This document shows positions 58,075 through 64,000 of a stretch of DNA of 64,000 nt, piece after piece. Source of the stretch: Macrostomum lignano (Eukaryota); assembly GCA_002269645.1 (NCBI GenBank), contig NIVC01000294.1:66623-130622 (forward strand), read 5' to 3'. Position numbers and translations under genes: made by a program. Below the pieces are notes generated by a model. It was not told where the DNA came from. It was given only the letters and a program-made list of their open reading frames with translations, and ran no database searches. Each line of letters begins with the position of its first letter. Positions within the stretch are counted from its first letter, which is position 1.

Positions 58075-59890
58075 ATAATATTATATCTTTTCTAAGAAAT
58101 CAAATCTATGTAAGATGCTTAAAACTAGTTTGTTTAGATGCACCAAATATTTTGTTTTAATATGCTAAATAGTTTGTTTCAATACATGAAATAAATTTGT
58201 ACAATAATTTTTGTTATAATTGTATTGGGGAAATGTGGGTATAAATAGTGTCAAATAAACCAACTGCCCACTGCATTACTATCAGTCTATTCTGTGAGCA
58301 ATCATTTGCAAGCAACTTAATAGCAGTTCAACCTATACAATCTTAGAGCTTTCAAGTTAAGAGTTATTCATTTGTCAAAGTTGACGAACAGTTTAAAAAA
58401 GTTTGCTTAGAGAGAGAATTGGGAAGAGATCCAGAGAGAAATACTAAGAGTTTTACTGTGACCCCTTTATCTTAGTAATGCCTGAATTTGGAAAGTACAG
58501 ATACTAGTACGATTGCTCAGGCCAAGATTATTAAAATGCTAGTGTTCCACTATAGCTGTAGCTACAGCTATAGGATCCTATGGCAAATATGGTAAAATAG
58601 GTGCTTACGGCAGCTACAGATATGCCTACAGTAGCTAGCTGCTCTTATGGCTATGACTATAAGAATATGGTAGTTGCTGTCACATTCTATAGATTCCTAG
58701 ACATAGTTAGGACATAGCCATAGTTATTATTTTAAAAAATTGAAAAAAATACTAGAAACAGGTAGAGTAAAACAAATTTACTTTAGTAAACTATATTATC
58801 AACTTAGAAACTTATAGAATATACCTAATAAAGTACAACAAAATACTAGCAAACTCTAATTTTTATTAATGTGAAAAAGTTTAGCATTAGTACTTTTAGT
58901 AGCGATTAAGTATTGTTGCTCTATAAAAAAGAAAATATAATCTTACAAAGGCAATCAAATGTTTCTTTTATTTTCTAACCTTATTTGCAGTTGTTTAAGC
59001 ACTAGTTTATCTTCTTGATTTAAAAATTTCGGAGTCCCTGCGGCTACAGAATATGGAGATTTGGAATAACCCGTAGTTTTGCTTATGGCTACGGCTATGG
59101 TACATGGACCCTCCTTATGGCAGAACACTAAAAATGCTACCAGAGATGTACTAAAATTATGTGTTACAAAGAAATTTTAAGAAACAAGACTGACATATTA
59201 ATACCCCTGTATCAACTTCAGTAGCTAATCAGTAGGATCAATTCAGAGGATAGACCTAACCACTAGCACAACTTTGGTGTTTGCAGCAAAATTCTTCTAG
59301 AAGCAGAAGCTTAACACCTACTACAACCTGATAGCATCAATGCGATTCATAAAATTGTTATCAAGAAGAGGAAAAGTGCTATTACAACTTGGTGGCAGCA
59401 GTGGGATATTAAAGACAGGGGAAAACTTAATAAACAAAGAGATAAAAGAAAAAAATGAATACACCAGTTTTTAAGGCAGATATTTTTTATTTGATATTAT
59501 AACTCAACATTGAATATCCTTAAGCTTCTACTAACTAGATGCACATCTTCTAAAGTGATACTTGGCTAAAAATAGGGGTTTTGATTTTATATTCTAAGAG
59601 TTATCAGCCAAGTACATTTTTGTTATTTTAGACTATGTACAAATGTTTTTATTTTAACTTAAGTAATTATTCAAGTGTTAAATCATTGTTAAGGCTATGC
59701 ATGTACAATTATATAGTATTGATGGCTTCTAAAAAATAATTTGCTTCACTGCCTGCTAACAATTTCATGTTGAATTATTGAACTCAAAACGCACACACGA
59801 TTGACAAAATAGTAGATACTTTTTTAAAGATAGTTGGTTTACTCAAGGTGCTAGCTATTTAAATATAGATTTGTCAGAGATAGCAGCGAC

Positions 59891-62800
59891 ATGTCAGACA
59901 ATGTATTTGGTCAGCCGCAGTTTGATATGCAGCAGCACCTGGGCAATGGCGGCTCAGACTTCTCAGCCAGCTACAACTGGCAGCAGAGTCCGCAGGCCAC
60001 TGTTGAGTCAACACCGATTCTACAAGGCAATTTGGAGACTAACCGAGCTAAACTGTCACGCCGATTGAGCAACCGACCGTCCATTGACGATCTGCGCGAC
60101 AAAGGTCTGGTGTTCGGGTTAGAATGCGAGTCACCAGTTGAGGCTGAGCAGCAGAGGCGCTCGATTCGTGCAGCCACATCTGAGCAGTTGCAGTGGAAAA
60201 TTCAGCAGAGGCCAGATAGACAGACCCTGGTTGATCATCACATCCTGCCTGTGGCGGCTGCTAATCCAGAGGTGTCACCTGTGCTACTTGAAGCTCAGGA
60301 ACAGCTGAAGAAGCGCCTGCTGAAAGATGAATTAAACATGAAACTGGCCTGTCGACCGGGTGCTATGGAGGTGGCTGAGAAAGGCTATCTGCCATTGAGT
60401 CACGGTGCTCACTGCCTGCTCAAAGAGGGCTGCATTCATTTCCCGAAGGTGGCTGACTCTAACGAGCAGCAGCAGCAGACAGTCTTACCTCCGCAGCAGC
60501 AACAGCAACAGTCTACTAAAAGCAGCAATTCTTCTCGCCGACAACAGGGTGGCAACAATCAGAAGATTGAAAAATTTGGCTCGCTAACATTTCACCGGTA
60601 CATACCGCCTGGTTCTAGCGGTGGAAGGGGCTCCACGCAGCGACAGCCGCAGCAACAGCAGCAGCAACAACAACAACAACAGCCGTTAACTGCCAATCAG
60701 TGCAGAGAAAGTCAACAATCGATGTATTTGAATATGCGCGGCCCCGAAGATGAACAGAGTCGTTTAATGAACCAGCTAATTAATGAGGTTGGCACACCGG
60801 ATAGCCAGCCTCAGCAGCAGCAACAGCAGCCTTCACCGCAGCATCAGCAGCAGCAGATGGTACTGCAAGTGTCACCTTTACACCAGCAGCAGCAGTTGTT
60901 GCCGGTAAAAAGTTCATATTTATTTATTGGTGATTGCTGGCTCGTTTATCTAGTTTTCATTTTCCTGCTTAGTCTTTTTTAATTTCAGGGTATATACGTT
61001 GGAACCTTTTTGTTTGTGTTGAGGCCTTGTCTTTTCGGAGGGCATGTGACCCCCATAGTCATTTAGAGGGGGCATGTGACCCCCATAGTCATTTAGAGGG
61101 GCATGTGGCCCCATAGTCATTTAGAAGGGGCATGTGACCCCCATAGTCATTTAGAAAAGGCATGTGACCCCCATAGTCATTTAGAAAGGGCTTGTTACCC
61201 CCATAGTCTTTTTTATAGGGGGCATGTGACCCCCATAGTCATTTAGAAAGGGCATGTGACCCCTATAGTCTTTTTTATAGGGGGCATGTGACCCTCCATA
61301 GTCATTTAGAGAAGGTATGTGACCCCCCATAGTCATTAGAAAGGGCATGTGACCCCCATCGTCATTTAGCGAGGGCATGTAACTCCCGTAGTTATTTAGA
61401 TAGGGGATGGATGTGACCCTAAAGTCATTTAGTGAGGGCCTGTGACCCCATTAGTAATTCAAAGTAACATGCTAGCTCTTATTAATAAGACTTAAATTAT
61501 CAAATCCTTAAATAGCATCTTCATAAACCCGCGCACCCACCCCACTCCGCAGCAGCAGCAGCAGCTGTCCCCAGCCAATCAGCAGCCGCCATCAACCGCA
61601 GCCAATCGAATCGGCCTCGAGCAGCTCTCAGCCCAGCAATTGCGCAACGAATGCCAGAAACGCGGCCTTAAACGATCCGGCACTAAGGAGCAACTGGCCA
61701 ACCAATTGGAGCCCTATAAACACGAACTGGCTGCTGAGTACGGCATTCTTTTAAGCCCGTCAGCTTCCGGCTTGAGCCCGTCCGATAGCAACTCAAATCT
61801 GCAGCAGCAGTCTGTTGCCAAGCAGAGCGTGTCTTCTTCTAGTAGCGCCGGCGCTTTGTCTATGCAGTTGCAGCAGCAACAACAACAGCAGCAGCAGCAA
61901 CAACAACAGCAGCAGCAGCAGCCTGCATATTGCTTTTTACCTGTCTATTTAGATGGCCAACAGCAGCAACAGCAACAGCAGCCATTTGTTGTCACACAAG
62001 CGGAGATGCAGTGGGTTTTTTATGACCATCTTGCCTAAAGTATTTATTGCTCTTGGTAATTCGCCTAACAATCTCATAGTAGAATATCCTTCAATCTCAT
62101 GGTAGAATCTCCTTCAATCTCATGGTAGAATCTCCTTCAATCTCATGGTAGAATCTACTTCAATCTCATGGTAGAATCTACTTCAATCTCATGGTAGAAT
62201 CTCCTTCAATCTCATGGTAGAATCTACTTCAATCTCATGGTAGAATCTACTTCAATCTCATGGTAGAATCTACTTCAATCTCATGGTAGAATCTCCTTCA
62301 ATTTCATGGTAGAATCTACTTCAATCTCATGGTAGAATCTACTTCAATCTCATGGTAGAATCTACTTCAATCTCATGGTAGAATCTCCTTCAATCTCATG
62401 GTAGAATCTACTTCAATCTCATGGTAGAATCTACTTCAATCTCATGGTAGAATGTCCTTCAATCTCATGGTAGAATCTCCTTCAATCTCATGGTAGAATC
62501 TACTTCAATCTCATGGTAGAATCTCCTTCAATCTCATGGTAGAATCTCCTTCAATCTCATGGTAGAATCTCCTTCAATCTCATGGTAGAATCTCTTCAAT
62601 CTCATGGTAGAATCTCCTTCAATCTCATGTAGAATCTAATTCAATCTCATGGTAGAATCTACTTCAATCTCATGGTGAACTCTAAATTCTCTCTAGAACC
62701 GCCCTAAATCCATGCGTTCAATTCTTCCCAGTAAAAGTACTTCTTTCCCCCTGATCTTTACTCGGCCTCCGCAGCCATCTTTAATCCCAACCCTACCTAC

Positions 62801-62992
62801 TTATAACCCCCCTCTGCCCGCCTTTCAGGCCGGCAGTCCCTACTGTGAGCGTGCAGCACTGGCTTCAGGCCGCCCCAGACGCTCCCTGCGCCACTTGCCC
62901 GCCTGCCGCTATGCGTAGCGACAGCCGCGACCTGGAATTAATCAATCAGCTAATTGAAACTGACGATTCTCAAAGTCGGATGAGCATCACAG
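59891..62992 (+). CDS. Mrtf: Myocardin-related transcription factor (MRTF/MKL), 5' part: join(59891-60904,61553-62010,62829-62992), continuing beyond the window
   Basis: Three RPEL-like repeats (RPSIDDL, RPDRQTL, RPGAMEV), a basic box KIEKFGSLTFHRYIPP (cf. KKLKYHQYIPP), Q-rich tracts and a SAP domain LEQLSAQQLRNECQKRGLKRSGTKEQLANQL. GT-AG junctions are phase-consistent (0, 2, 1). Confidence 0.88.
61040..61450. repeat. ~30-bp minisatellite (GGGCATGTGACCCCCATAGTCATTTAGA) in MRTF intron 1
   Basis: Direct tandem array. Confidence 0.92.
62085..62675. repeat. 23-bp minisatellite (AATCTCATGGTAGAATCTMCTTC) in MRTF intron 2
   Basis: About 25 direct tandem copies. Confidence 0.95.
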
Positions 62993-63041
62993 GTGAGTGG
63001 TATTTTGTAATCAATAGTGCTTTGAATACATTTATAGATGT

Positions 63042-63670
<629 letters not shown>

Positions 63671-64000
63671 AGCTGTTGAAACCCGCGATTTTGAACCCGG
63701 GGAATTCCAATCCCCGAACTATTTTTTGCATGTATTCTGAAATCTAAGGCCATACACAAACAAAAACTTGTTAATAGTTAGTAGGATAGAGGTAGACATA
63801 AAATGGAGCACATTCGTGTAAAATTAGGGTTTGAGACATTGTTGGCTGGGGTACTGCGCAGAATGTCAGGCAATGTCTGTCTGACTCTAAAACATATATT
63901 GCTAAACTCTGGTCTCTCCCTGACTCTCCCTACGTCCCTTGGATCCTTTAAAATGTCTATCGTCTCTTTGTTTCCTCTCATCTCTCTCGTCCCTCGTCTC

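Overview
This is intron-containing eukaryotic genomic DNA. The polyQ-rich proteins and minisatellite-filled introns suggest a flatworm such as Macrostomum, but that is inference only. Host genes: a 6-exon Sestrin (+, 5180-18444); a small single-TM ORF (-); a 2-exon secreted protein with signal peptide, PAN/apple, Thr-mucin and ALK/LTK-type glycine-rich domains (-, 25641-27447); two frameshifted ankyrin-repeat loci; and the 5' part of an MRTF/myocardin-family gene (+, from 59891, running off the window). About 20 kb is two full-length, same-orientation Ty3/Gypsy LTR retrotransposons (38319-47508 and 48238-58074). Each has a 4-bp TSD, a tRNA-Leu PBS and an extra non-env ORF between integrase and the 3' LTR. 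Element 1 also shows a G GGA AAC -1 frameshift site and an exact internal copy of its PPT. Other elements: a foldback element with an 8-bp TSD interrupting an ankyrin exon, an inverted pair of tRNA/CORE-type SINEs flanking Sestrin exons 2-3, decayed LINE RT fragments, a decayed kelch-like (BTB) pseudogene, and sharply bounded CpG-free, TAG/CTA-rich patches that suggest non-CpG C>T hypermutation. All coordinates, splice sites and translations were read by eye and no database searches were run.
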